Notes: generated by a model from the sequence alone, not told the origin. A stretch of DNA of 64,000 nt from Callorhinchus milii (GCF_018977255.1 NW_024704743.1:79734001-79798000), one strand, 5' to 3'; shown: positions 25,221 to 36,563, counted from the stretch's first letter. Program-made: numbers and translations.

Positions 25221-25537
25221 GTGGAGTCCTGTAGCTCAGTGGTTAGAGTACTTGCTTTGCAAGCGAGAGACCTGAGTTCAATTCCAGGCAGGGCGAAACC
25301 TTGGGCAATTTTCCTTACTCCACACGCCTAATAATAATCCCTCCAAAACCAAAAACAATAATAAATTGGTCATTTTCAATCTACGACTGTTTGTGGGACA
25401 TTGCTGTACGCAATTGGCTGCCGCGTTCGCCCACAAATATACAGTCAATTCACTTTACAGTGTGTTCTGTGAAGCGCTTTGGGACGTCCTCCCAACGTGA
25501 AAAGCACTAAATCAAATGCAAGGATTATTATTATTAT
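25221..25537 (+). mobile_element. Young tRNA-headed SINE, short subfamily, full length
   Basis: GTGGAGTCCTGTAGCTCAGTGGTTAGAG..TTTGCAA..GAGTTCAATTCC..(TTA)n. Confidence 0.95.
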
Positions 25538-25768
25538 GTCCCTCATCCCCTCTGCTCCACCATCAGCGGCTGTGCTTTCAGCTATTTTGCCCCAAAACTC
25601 TGGAACTCTCTGCCTCAATCCCTCTTGCACCCTCCTTGCCTGCCTTCGGATCGCATCTGAAGATTTTCCTCTTCGACCGTGCCTGCGGTCACCTCCCCTC
25701 TCTCCCAACTCAGCATCAAACTCCACCACTATTAAGCGTTCAGAGACGCCAGCCGCATCAAGTTGTTG
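25538..25768 (+). mobile_element. L2 3' fragment abutting the SINE tail
   Basis: GCTTTCAGCTATTTTGCCCCAAAACTCTGGAACTCTCTGCC (AFS..AP.LWNSLP), ending CAAGTTGTTG. Confidence 0.75.
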
Positions 25769-26373
25769 AATCAGGATGTGCCATTGAGTCTTTTCACCGA
25801 GCCTTTAGGAATTGAAGTTTTAACTGTTTAAAGGAAAATATATAAAACTGACATTCATTGCTTTGACAGGAGTGAAAACCAATCAAGCCACACAGATACA
25901 TTTAAGGAAGACAATTATTGCAAAAGGGAAGATTAAGTGTCTGATTACCCCTTGAATACTGAGACTCTTTGTCAGATAGTGATAGCACAGAGTCAGACAG
26001 TGACTCTTTGGGACAGTGATAGCACACAGGCACAGTCCTCTTGCCACTGACCTCCTGATCTCAACTACATTGCTGTGGGGAAGTGGCAAGTGGAGGGCAT
26101 GACCCCCTAATCAGAAAGAAGAGCATCCCAACCTCATGCTGCCTGCAACTGAGAATCTCATTCATGGAGGTCTTAAACAGGTCCCTCCCACTCCACATGT
26201 CCCCTCTCCTCAATCCTCTAGACTGCAGATGAAAGATGAATTTTTTTGGAAGAAAATGAAAGACTGTTTTATTGCCATGTGACTTTTATTTGATAATAAT
26301 TCATGTGCAATGATATTAATTATTAGTCAACAATTATTGCAATCCAAGATGAACCAATTTGCACCTCCAAGTT

Positions 26374-26685
26374 GTGGAGTCCCATAGCATAATGGTTAGA
26401 GCACTCGCCTCCCAAGCGGGTTCGATTCCCGTGCAGGGCGAAACCTTTGGAAAGTTTTCTTAATGCACATGCCCCTGTTTACCTAGTAGTAAGTAGGAAC
26501 CCAGTTGTTAGTTGATTGGTGGATCGCTGTCCAGGAGCAATATTCCCTCAAAATAATTTGGTCACTCAATCCACGACTGTTTGTGGAACACTGCTGTCCC
26601 AATTGGCTGCCATGTTTTGCCAACAAATACACACAGTCAATCCACTTTAAATTATATTCTGAGAAGCACTTTGAGACGTCATTGA
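26374..26685 (+). mobile_element. tRNA-headed SINE, long subfamily, diverged
   Basis: Head GTGGAGTCCCATAGCATAATGGTTAGAGCACTCGCCTCCCAAG, with the long-form segment present. Confidence 0.85.
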
Positions 26686-27664
26686 TTTTCCAAACTGCTT
26701 CCGACAATCAAATAGTCCTTACATTTGATGTCATGACCTACACGTCACGTTGACATCTCAAAACATTTCAAAAACTTTACTGTAAAGTATAGTCACTGTA
26801 CTTGTAGGGTTATGTGGCAGCCAATTTGCACACAGTAATGCCCCACAAACAGCCATAAAGCCATCAAACTTTTTGATTTGTCACACTGATGTAAGAGAGA
26901 GCATGATATAAATCCTTGGTGAGAGAAGCATTTGCATGATATTGATCAGATGACTGATAGAGGTCCGTTGTTTCCCAAGAACAGCCATGGGGCTATTCAG
27001 GACAGAACTTTTTCAACAGAGCTTGTGACTACAATCGTAACTGTATAAAATATCACCGCACCGAAACAGACCATATGGCCCATGAAGTGTACGCTGCAAA
27101 TGAGCCATCTAATTGAATCGCAATCTCTTGCTCACTCCCCATGCACCATGATTATCCTCTTTTGTGAACATCTGGCTAATTTCCTTTTCAAGTTAGATGG
27201 GAAAGATGTGCCTTTTATTACCAATACGTCACAAATTAACCACCTAAAATGCAAAAATGTCTCCTCCTCTTACTCACGTGTCAAAGTAGTTCTTTTCTGT
27301 AAGGGTTCATATCTCTTTTGCCTCTTCCCCCCCCATCTCCTGGTATTTTCTATCTTCTTTCCTGATCTCAGGCACATGCATCAGCCGTGGTCAAAATGAC
27401 CTGTGATCTGCTCCTAGAATTTCATCACTTGGGCCCTGCCCAAATTTGCAACCAAACAGTCTGGAGAATCAATAATGAAAAACAGCATTTCAGCACAAAC
27501 ATCAGGGCACCACAGATCAATGTTGCAACATACTCTGCTCTGTGCGTTAAAAATCTAAAATATAGGTTTACGTTTCATTCAACTGGACCCCCAATAACTA
27601 AGATTCCTACATTTCTCAAACTGTATTTATATTCACCAATCCCATGCATTTCATTCAGTTCCGT

Positions 27665-27995
27665 CTAGCTTCATGTCCCCGGCTGATCCACCCCACCATC
27701 ACTGGGTGGGCTGTTAGCCATTTTGTCCTCACTCTCTGGAACTCTATCCACCTCTACAAATTCCTCTATCACAAACACGTGTGATCTGCTAACAGAATTT
27801 CATCACTTGGGGGAGTCCCTCTACTTCTCCCCCTCCCACCCACTTTTAAAGGGACCTTAAGAGTTTCCTCTTTTACCATGCTTTCAGGTATTTTCACCCT
27901 TCACCCCACCTCCAACCTTCTTGATACTCCCTCCACCCGAGTTCCGGTGCCCACCCAGGGTAAGATGTTTACCTGATGTGAAAGTCGATACAAAT
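27665..27995 (+). mobile_element. Old L2 3' fragment containing a locally templated insertion
   Basis: CCCACCATCACTGGGTGGGCTGTTAGCCATTTTGTCCTCACTCTCTGGAACTC matches the L2 at 33985-34040. Confidence 0.6.
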
Positions 27996-28571
27996 ACATG
28001 CATACTATGTATTCTCTAACAACTGAACTCCTTTACAACAATAAAATACCATCACTCACATCATTTCCTTGCTGGTGGAGCAGCTGTAGTTGACAACTAA
28101 ACAACTACAGGATGACCAAAATGTCATGATACCATTACAATGTCTAATAAGGTGGATAATATACTATTTTATATAATGTTTTCCCTGCAATGGGCTTTTC
28201 ATCTTGTTAAGATGGACAGTTTCTTTAAAGGTTCTACACTGCAGCAAATGCATAGGTTAGTAGCAATGCTCACAACTACTTAAATCATGCAACAAATACA
28301 CTTTGTTTTTTAAAGTATTTCTTTTGGATTTTCCTCTCTGCTTTGCTGGGTAAATACACGGTGTGGTGTGGCAATGAGAAATTACAATAACAACAAATTG
28401 CATTTATGTAGCACCTTTCACATTGGGATGACAGCCCAAGGTGCTGGACAGGTCAAAGGCTTACATATGGTAAAAGACCTGGGTTCATTCTATGGTTTGT
28501 GCTGAGCTAATCCATCGCTGCTAGCGTAGAGACACCTGAACAATTAGCCATAGCATCCCAAGGAGAATTCT

Positions 28572-28667
28572 ATTAACCAAATTAAGACTGAATTTAAGAA
28601 TTTGATAAAATTTTGCTGACACTTAAATTCTAGGATCATGTTCTTAAGCTGTGTGAAATTTCAGGCC
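28572..28667. mobile_element. Half copy of the foldback MITE
   Basis: AATTAAGACTGAATTTAAGAATT..GTGAAATTTCAGGCC. Confidence 0.5.
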
Positions 28668-30044
28668 TTTGGTGCTTGTGCTGCCGAAAAATGTTTGTGT
28701 GGCCATTTACTGAGGAGAGCATTGTATCATTAATAATAATAATCATTGCATTTAATATAGTGACTTATCACGATGAGTCGTCTGTGATAATCTGCTGATA
28801 CAAACTGGGTCTCATTGGGGGGTTGGGGGAGGAAGGAAGAGGTTATTCTGTTTCTTTTGTTAAATTCAGCAATTTGTTGATTCACCTCAGACTGTCTGTC
28901 CCTGCGAGGGCACAACAACGTGTGGAAAATCAATGTTCTCACCCCATGACCTACTATTGTCTCTATTTTAATCAACTACCATCAAGTGCATGACAACTAC
29001 ATCAATAAATATCATGAAATCCTAAAAAAGCATCAAGAAATAAGCAACATCAGCTGTCTTACGATACTGCACTCATAAAATGTTAAGGACAGGCCGTGCA
29101 ATCTTACTTATACCCAGCGAACAAAGGGTAATAACAACACCACCACAAACAACAACAGTAAGAAATCCTAATATGATTCAGCACAAGAACTTTATAGACA
29201 CTCTCAACTGAGTGAAGTAAGCTCCCTGGTCAAGTACTAGCAATGCTAATGTACACTACTCCTGGCAATAGTTCATCCGTCCACCCGAGAACTGGATACA
29301 GTGCTTCTCTGCATCATTCTGCTTGCTATCCATTTAACTGAAAGTCCTATCATTGCTCTGCTGTACTGTGCTGATCAATGAAATGATACTGCAACATCCT
29401 TTACATCATTGAAGGGCATTTCCTTTTGGTGAGCGAGCCCTGCGCCAATAACATAATCATTTACATTTTTGATCTTATATTTCTGTTACCCTCCCCCACA
29501 TAGATTTGGAATACTTATTACCATAACATCATTTTGGAGGCTGTCTGTCTGTTATTAAGCTGAAGTTCAGTTTTAATTAGGGCACTGGTCAAATCCACCC
29601 ATTCACTCATCCAGAAACAGACTCACACCAAGAAGAGAACATCGCTAAACTAGAGAGATGACAGACACAGTCAAAGAATTCCCAGGAATGAACGTCGGAG
29701 ATTCACACATTCTGAGCAATCCCTACCCACCTTTTAAGCCGCCTCCCTTAAAACCTACTTTCTCGACCAAGTTTTCGGTCACCTACCCCCCTGCCCACCA
29801 GATCGCCGCTGTGATTACACCAAAATGCAAGGAATCTATTGAATCATTAACTGCTAATTTTCATTATAAGTAACAATCAGTAAGACAAGTCAAAGTGAAA
29901 CTGTACAAACAATGAGAACTCATTCACAACCTTCTTTGTCTCACTCCACTGCTTGCTTCATGTTTAACTTAAAGTATTTTTTTCTGGAGCAAATTTATGA
30001 CTCAACGATGACTTTCACGCTTAGTTAAGACTCAGTAAGTAGAA

Positions 30045-30150
30045 TGACAGCTTGCGTTTATTTAAACCTTTTCAACAACAACAACTTGCGTTTATATAGC
30101 GCCCTTCATACGGGGTAGAATCCCAGAGCACTTTCATGTAGGGTGAACGT
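30045..30150 (-). mobile_element. L2 tail nested inside another L2 tail
   Basis: Two copies of CTTGCGTTTAT. The inner insert, (AAC)n..CCCAGAGCAC, is flanked by TTTC. Confidence 0.6.
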
Positions 30151-30594
30151 CTAAATTATGCTAATAGGCCAGACCCACAGTTCTATACGTTATTTTACTT
30201 CTCTCTTGTAATGACAAAGCACCGCAAGATGTACTAGTGAGTAATACCAGCCCAGTAGTCAAAGCAGCTGGGAGCTCCCCACTTGGACACGAGTTGTGCG
30301 TCAAGTCAGCTTGTTTGCCATAGGCTCGTGAGTAATGCTGTCAGCCGCCAACAGTGGTTTGTGCAAAGCCCCATTTGGAAGCAAAGGATTCCTGCATTCG
30401 AGAGGAAGTAAAAACTTAAAAACATCCGACTTATTCTCTCCTCGGATTGCAACCCTTACGCAAAGGTCATGGACCAGTGTTGGTGGAGATCATCCCATTC
30501 TCTCAGTTCATTGTATGTGAAAGAGGAAGGTCATTAATACAGAGAAGCATTGGCAACGGTATATTTCAGGTAGGTTGAGGGGTTTGCTCACTCT

Positions 30595-30795
30595 GCTCGC
30601 CTCTCCTCTTCTGAAGGTACTGACTGTGATGGGCACTGGTTGCCCTCCTGTGCATCACCCAAGGACCCAGTCTGTATGAGTGGGCCCAAATATTGAGCAA
30701 CAGGAGGTTCAAGCATGGGAGACATCTATGCTGAGACCAATCCAGTCCTCACCTACACACTTTCCAGCAGGAGGGCACTGGTCAGTGATCATGAG
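30595..30795 (-). mobile_element. SINE family C 3' part
   Basis: CCAGTCCTCACC..TTTCCAGCAGGAGGGCACTGG is shared with other family C copies. Confidence 0.5.
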
Positions 30796-30864
30796 TGATC
30801 ATAAATTGTATTGCCTGTGCACATGCAAAAGCTAATGTGAACATATCAATCATCCATAGAAACA

Positions 30865-31082
30865 GCCAGGAGTTGAGTGACCGATTTATTTTTAATTTGG
30901 GTGGGGTTGTTGGCCAGAATACCAGGAGGAGAAAAACTCCTTTCTCTTTTTTTAAATAGTGCCACGGGATCTTTAATATCCAATTGGACAGCACAGACGG
31001 GACCTCGGTCTGACCTCCCATTTAAAGTAAAGGCACCTCAGACAATGCATTGCTCCCCTTAGTACTGCATTGGACTTTTCAA
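30865..31082 (-). mobile_element. Deu-domain SINE fragment
   Basis: ATAGTGCCACGGGATCTTTAATATCC..GACGGGACCTCGG. Confidence 0.75.
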
Positions 31083-32119
31083 GTTGTGAATAAAATTCAG
31101 TGCTTGGAGAATTAAAATAACAACTGCAGGTAGTTTGATAAATCTAGAGACTACCTGATGCTGCTTGTTCCATGTAAAATTATAATACATCACATTTAAA
31201 ATTGAGATTCTGCAGCTAACCCTGCAAAAGCATTTAGTATTAAGACAAACAGGAGCACAGTCCATAGGAGAGTAACGTCTCTGTCTTCTGAAAACCTTAC
31301 AATGATGCTATTCTCTAACTGATTACAAATACACATCCTGCCTTCCTCTGCCCTAATAATCGGTCAATGAGAGCTCATCTAAAAATTAATTAAAACCCAC
31401 TCCGTCCAGGGTGTCGCCTGTTTTATTAAATAAATTCTTACAGTGTAGGATCTTTGTGAATTTACGAAACGCTTTCTTTTCATTTGTCAGTTCCTTTACC
31501 TCAAATCTGTCCCGTTAAGGCTGTAGAAGAAATAACACTCGTTACTCTATGGTCTACACAAGCTCTTTTCAATTCGCTATCAGATGAATAGACCAATAAT
31601 GCACGTAAATGTCAGTAGATAGCATCGCCAGTTAGAGATAATGGCTGTCTCTTTACTATTTACAGGAAAGATAGTGGCATGTAACAGCAGATAGAGGCTG
31701 CATCAGGAGGGCCTTCTGTCTCGCTGGCACCACAAATAGAACTTCACTCAGATCAGCACAACTTACAACTGACTCATCAGTTCGCAGATCAGCCCCTTCC
31801 CAGAGTACAACCAATGTCATTGAGTTCACAATGCTTTGATTAAGGTCGTACATCCTTGAAGAGACACGACTCATGAATTTTTAACTTTGCACAAGTTACT
31901 CTGATGTAAAGGTAAGATCTGCTGCTAAATATTGTCTCTGGGTCCACGGACATGTCTGTGAAGCATGCTCACCCGAGGTTAATATGGCATATATTGGTGT
32001 AATCTGTACTACAGTGACTGCCCTGTGCTATTCCACAATGCATATGCGTGAGAAATGTGCAAAATAGAGTGTTTAAAAGACACCCGATATCTTATTTGCA
32101 TGTGTGTTTCACTCTCAGA

Positions 32120-32245
32120 CTACTGGCTGTTTGTACGACATTGCTGTGTGTAAATTGTCTGCCGCTTTTGCCTTCAAGATACTACACTCTGCAATAATTC
32201 CTGTGAAGCAGTTTGAGGCGTCCTGATGTGAAAGGTGCTGTATTA
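32120..32245 (+). mobile_element. Host SINE 3' part; its last ~25 bp resume at 34267-34293 after the L2
   Basis: ..GTGAAAGGTGCTGTATTA [L2] GTATTAAATGCAAGGCTTATTATTA. Confidence 0.7.
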
Positions 32246-33270
32246 GTATTAATATTATTCCTCTATTATTATTAATAATGTATTATTGTTGCTTCTCAGC
32301 TTCGCTCCTTCCTCTCCCGCCACTCCCTTCTCGAACCCCTCCAATCGGGCTTCCGTGCCGTCCACAGCACAGAAACCGCCCTGGTCAAAGTGACAAATGA
32401 CATTCTGTCCATCTGCGATCAGGGCTCCCTCTGCCTCCTCATCCTCCTTGACTTCTCTGCTGATTTTGACGTTAAGGCTGAAGAAGAAATAACACCATTC
32501 TATCCTCATCCACCGCCTCTCCTCTCACCTCAACCGCCACGGCCCTGTCCTTGATTGTTTCAGATCGTATCTCTCACACCGCCTGCACTTCATCTCCTCA
32601 AATGGCTTCTCCTCCAGCCCCCGCACCGTTTCGTGCGGCGTTCCTCAGGGCTCTGTCCTTGGTCCCCTCCTCTTCAATATATATATGTTCCCTCTTGGTG
32701 ACATCATCTGCAGTCATGGGGTCAACTTCCAAATGTATGCAGATGACACCCAACTCTACCTCTCTGACTCCACCCTTGACTCCAGAATGTCTGTCAGACA
32801 TCAAGTCCTGGATGAGAGCTAACTTTCTTCAATTAAACGTCAACAAGACTGAGGCCCTCCTGATTGGCTCCTGTCAGCGCCTGCACACCTCAGGTGCTGA
32901 CAGTATCACCATCCATGGTTGCACACTCAACCTTGCTAAGCCTTGGGGTCTTGTTCGACCCTCAACTGTCCTTTCTACCCCACATCAGCGCCATGACCCG
33001 CTCTGCCTTCCCCCACCTCGCAACGCCGTCCGGCTCCAACACTGTCTCACTCCGCAGGCCGACGAAATCCTCATACACGCCTTCATTACGTCGAGTCTCA
33101 ACTATGCAAACCCACTGCTTGTCGGCCTCCCCAATTCCTCCCTCCACAGGCTGCAGATCATCCAGAATTCTGCAGCCCGTGTCCTCTCCCGCACCAGGCT
33201 CCACGACCCTTTCACCCCCATCCTCGCCTGACTCCACTGGCTTCCCATCACACAGAGGATACAATTCAAG

Positions 33271-33508
33271 GACAGAAACAGAGAGAGCTGGGAAAACTCA
33301 ACACATCCTGCAGCATCTGTGAAGAAAGGAAGTGAGTCAACGTTTGGGTCCACGACCCTTCGTCAGAACTGGGGCATGTCCTAGTTCTGACAAAAGGTCG
33401 TGGATCCGAAACTTTCCTTTCTTCATAGATGCAGCCTGACTTTCTGAGTTTTCCCAGCTCTCTCTGTTTTTGTTTCAGATTTCCAGCATCTGCAGTATTT
33501 TGTGTTTT
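33271..33508 (+). mobile_element. Palindromic insert, probably a Penelope-like inverted terminal repeat, with 13-bp TSD and hammerhead-like cores
   Basis: TSD GATACAATTCAAG (33258-33270) / GATACAGTTCAAG (33509-33521); ~100-bp inverted arms centred at 33376; a CTGACGA-stem-GAAAC-like motif in each arm. Confidence 0.75.
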
Positions 33509-33539
33509 GATACAGTTCAAGATCCTGGTCCTCACCTTT

Positions 33540-33867
33540 GTGGAGTCCTGTAGCTCAGTGGTTAGAGCACTCGCTTTGCAAGCGAGAGACCTGAGTTCAA
33601 TTCCAGTCAGGGCGAAACCTTGGGCAAGTTTCCTTACTCCACACGCCTAATAATAATCCCTCCTAAACCAAAAACAATAATAAATTGGTCATTTTCAATC
33701 CATGACTGTTTGTGGGACATTGCTGTGCGCAATTGGCTGCCGCGTTTCGCCCACAAATATACAGTCAATTCACTTTACAGTATATTCTGTGAAGCACTTT
33801 GGGACGTCCTCCTGACGTGAAAAGCGCTATATCAAATGCAAGGATTATTATTATTATTATTATTATT
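33540..33867 (+). mobile_element. Young tRNA-headed SINE, short subfamily, inserted in the L2
   Basis: It interrupts the L2 reading frame ILVLTF|KVFHGL at TTT|AAA and carries a long (TTA)n tail. Confidence 0.95.
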
Positions 33868-34416
33868 AAAGTCTTCCATGGTCTTGCTCCACCCTATCTC
33901 TCTGACCTCCTAACCCCCTACCATCCTGTTCGTTCCCTCTGCTCAACGGGCTCCGGCCTGCTTCACGTCCTCCACCTTGCTCACCCCACTATCGGCAGGC
34001 GGGCCTTCCGCCACTCTGCACCTACCCTCTGGAACTCCATCCCGCAGTCCCTCCATCCTGCAGTCCCTCCATCTCACCCCCTCCCTCGCCACCTTCAAGA
34101 CCCACCTCAAGACCCTCCTGTTCGACTGTGCTTTTGATCTCCCTGCATCCCCCCTTGCCCTCCCCCACCCTGACCCTCAGCTCAGGTCCAAAACTCTGTC
34201 TGTCCAGCGCCTTTGGACATCCTCCTGACGTGAAAGGCGCTATATAAATGTAATCTGGTTGTTGTTGTATTAAATGCAAGGCTTATTATTATTTCTACAA
34301 ACTAACATTTCCGTGCAACTCAGTTCTGAACTTTGTGAACAGTTTGAATAGTTATAGCACTATGCAAAACAGTAACAAGTTTTGAAGTGCTTATTTAAAG
34401 AAAGGAAGGTCTCAAA

Positions 34417-34680
34417 GAATGTTACAACACAGAAACAGGCCATTTAGCCCATCAAGTCTGTGTTGGTGTTTTTCTCCACCTAATCTCCCACTCCCCTGCT
34501 TGCTCCCCACACTCTTTAATATCACTCTTTTTCAAGCACCTATCAAAGTGATGAACTCTGCTTTAACTGGGGTTTGTGGCATAGACTGCCATGCTCCGTC
34601 CACCCTCTGTGTGAATAAAACTGCTCCTTTAATTCTTTTTGTGAGTATAATAAATTTGTGTCCTCTTGATACTGGCCATT
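34417..34680 (-). mobile_element. Old CR1-clade 3' end
   Basis: GAATGTTACAACACAGAAACAGGCCATTTAGCCCATCAAGTCTGTG is a CR1-type terminus. Similar remnants lie at about 27050, 42860, 48130 and 63780. Confidence 0.55.
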
Positions 34681-35244
34681 TCAAGAGACATGGGATATCA
34701 CCGGTTGAAAAAGCAAAATAAATACTTCAAATTTGTGAAATACAGTAATACCCCATTAGAACTTGGTAGTTGAGGTCCAATCTCTCAGGCTACATATTAT
34801 AACTTATCATTTCCCACATTGCACACATGAGAACTGGCTTTCGTACGGGTCGTCAAATTGCCTGGGCATCATTTCCTGCATGCTAAGATATCCGCAGGGA
34901 AGTGTCACCAATGTTACTTCCTTCACAACGTTGACATCGGCAGCATTTACCGTACACAGCATGAATGTGTAGTGTGCAGGAAGTGACATCAGTGAGCACC
35001 TGATGACTCAGAAGGTGTAGGTGGGTTGTTTGGTTTGGTGATGGGTTTCTGCATGTGTCGGGACACCCGGGAATGATTCAGAAGTCAGCCACTGGTAGCA
35101 CGTAGGAAATTGGTCAGTCTGCACACTAATGGCAACTTGTATCTACAAGGTACCACGTTATAAGTGAACCAGTGTTAGCATGAAGTGCATTATAACAGGA
35201 TTCTTCTATATGAAGGAGGTTGAGGATGGCCTCCACGGAGTTTT

Positions 35245-35600
35245 TATTTGGTGAGCTGGGTATCTGACACATGCAAATCACCAAACCAAACCTACAACTG
35301 GAAATTTCAGAGATATTTACTGGAATGGACTGTGCACTCTCTCCTTGGAGTGACGCAGCCTGCTTACCTAATTCTAGAGAGTATTCATGCAGGTTGTCAG
35401 GAGCCAAGGATTAGGGACCCCAGAGAGTGCATTGGGATATTGCTGTAAAATAACCAGCTAAAACTGCATGGCTTGCCATTGAAAGCACTGTTAGGTAAGC
35501 TTTCCTGTTGCTTGTCCAGCTAGACACCCCTCCTCTTAGGACTTTGGGGTGCAGGATTAACAGAGCTGAGTGGGAGTAGTCCCTGCCACCAATGACTTGT
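35245..35600 (+). repeat. Unclassified interspersed repeat, copy 2
   Basis: Homologous to 10030-10470 (minus strand) and 58710-58966. Confidence 0.65.
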
Positions 35601-36563
35601 CTGCCTTTCCAAGTCCTGCTGATGATCGAGCCTGGCTGTGCTATCATCTGCAGGGCCTGGAGTACTATGGACTCATCTGGCTCAGGAGCGGGATTACTGA
35701 GGGTGGGCTTGATTCTGACATTCAGTTTCCAAACATGTCACCTTGGGGCTAGTTTAGCTCAAAGGAAACTCCACTTACCTCCCTCCCAAGGAGAATAGTT
35801 AAATTCCACTAAGTGCACTGACCCAGAATGTGTCTACAAGTGCAGATAATCAGGCACTAAACAGTACAAATGACAAATTATATGGACAAGTCAAGGTTAC
35901 AGTTTGGGAAGCAGAGAAAATACATGAGAGGAAAAGGGTCATAAAAAATGGGGTGAAAATGATCTTGGAGCAGTGGTGGCCACTTTTGGGTCATCAAGAA
36001 ATGGCCTGTAGGACATCCGGATCAGCCTAGTCAAGTCCACGATAAATCAATAGCTTCTTTCCAGTAGCTAGCGAGCCATAATACCCATGTCACAGCCAGA
36101 AATGAAGAAAAATTCAATAAAGAAAAATATATTTGGTTGGCCACCAATGTCTTGCAGAATGAGACAAGGTGAAATACAATACTATGTCACACACTGCATT
36201 TGCCACCAGTCATTGTGGGAACTTTTACTTTTATAATTATTATCTGAACATCAAGTGATCTCAGGATGAGAAACTGACTTGGAACGTTATTCACCCAGCA
36301 AGAGACAAATAAACTAATGCGCAAGTCTGCAATAACATGACCACTGCAGTTTCCTGTGATAATGACAGCCTCTCGATTATCAATGTAAACCCTCTCACAC
36401 TGTGAGGCTCAATAAACTCCTCCAAGCAAGCTGCACCGATAAAATTGCTCTCAGTGTTCAAACTAAACTAGTCCAGAAAATTGATAGGTAAGCAAAAGGA
36501 ACTTAAAAATGATATTTTGGGTAAATTACTTATCTAAAGTTACTGATCAACTCGGGGATTAAA

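Larger units (their letters stand above)
32288..34267 (+). mobile_element. L2 LINE, 5'-truncated (RT domain to 3' tail), frameshifted, with two nested insertions
   Basis: Encodes QSGFRAVHSTETALVKVTND, VPQGSVLGPLLFNIYM, MYADDTQLY, WMRANFLQLNVNKTEALLIG, LQIIQNSAARVL and APTLWNSIP. Tail GGACATCCTCCTGACGTGAAAGGCGCTATATAAATGTAATCTGGTTGTTGTTG. Confidence 0.95.

Noticed and set aside
25226..25295. tRNA-Ala(TGC)-like gene (also at 12.7, 33.5 and 53.6 kb)
   Set aside because: It is a SINE head: imperfect T-arm, always followed by the SINE body and (TTA)n tail, with no T-run terminator right after.
25963..26036. Diverged ~38-bp tandem duplication (GACTCTTTG..GTGATAGCACA)
   Set aside because: An ordinary local duplication with no further structure.
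32551..33322. 226-aa and 152-aa ORFs as genes
   Set aside because: They are frameshifted, overlapping frames of the dead L2 ORF2.
34807..34989. 60-aa minus-strand ORF ending in CVQCGK
   Set aside because: It has a single CxxC with no recognisable domain and no convincing donor.
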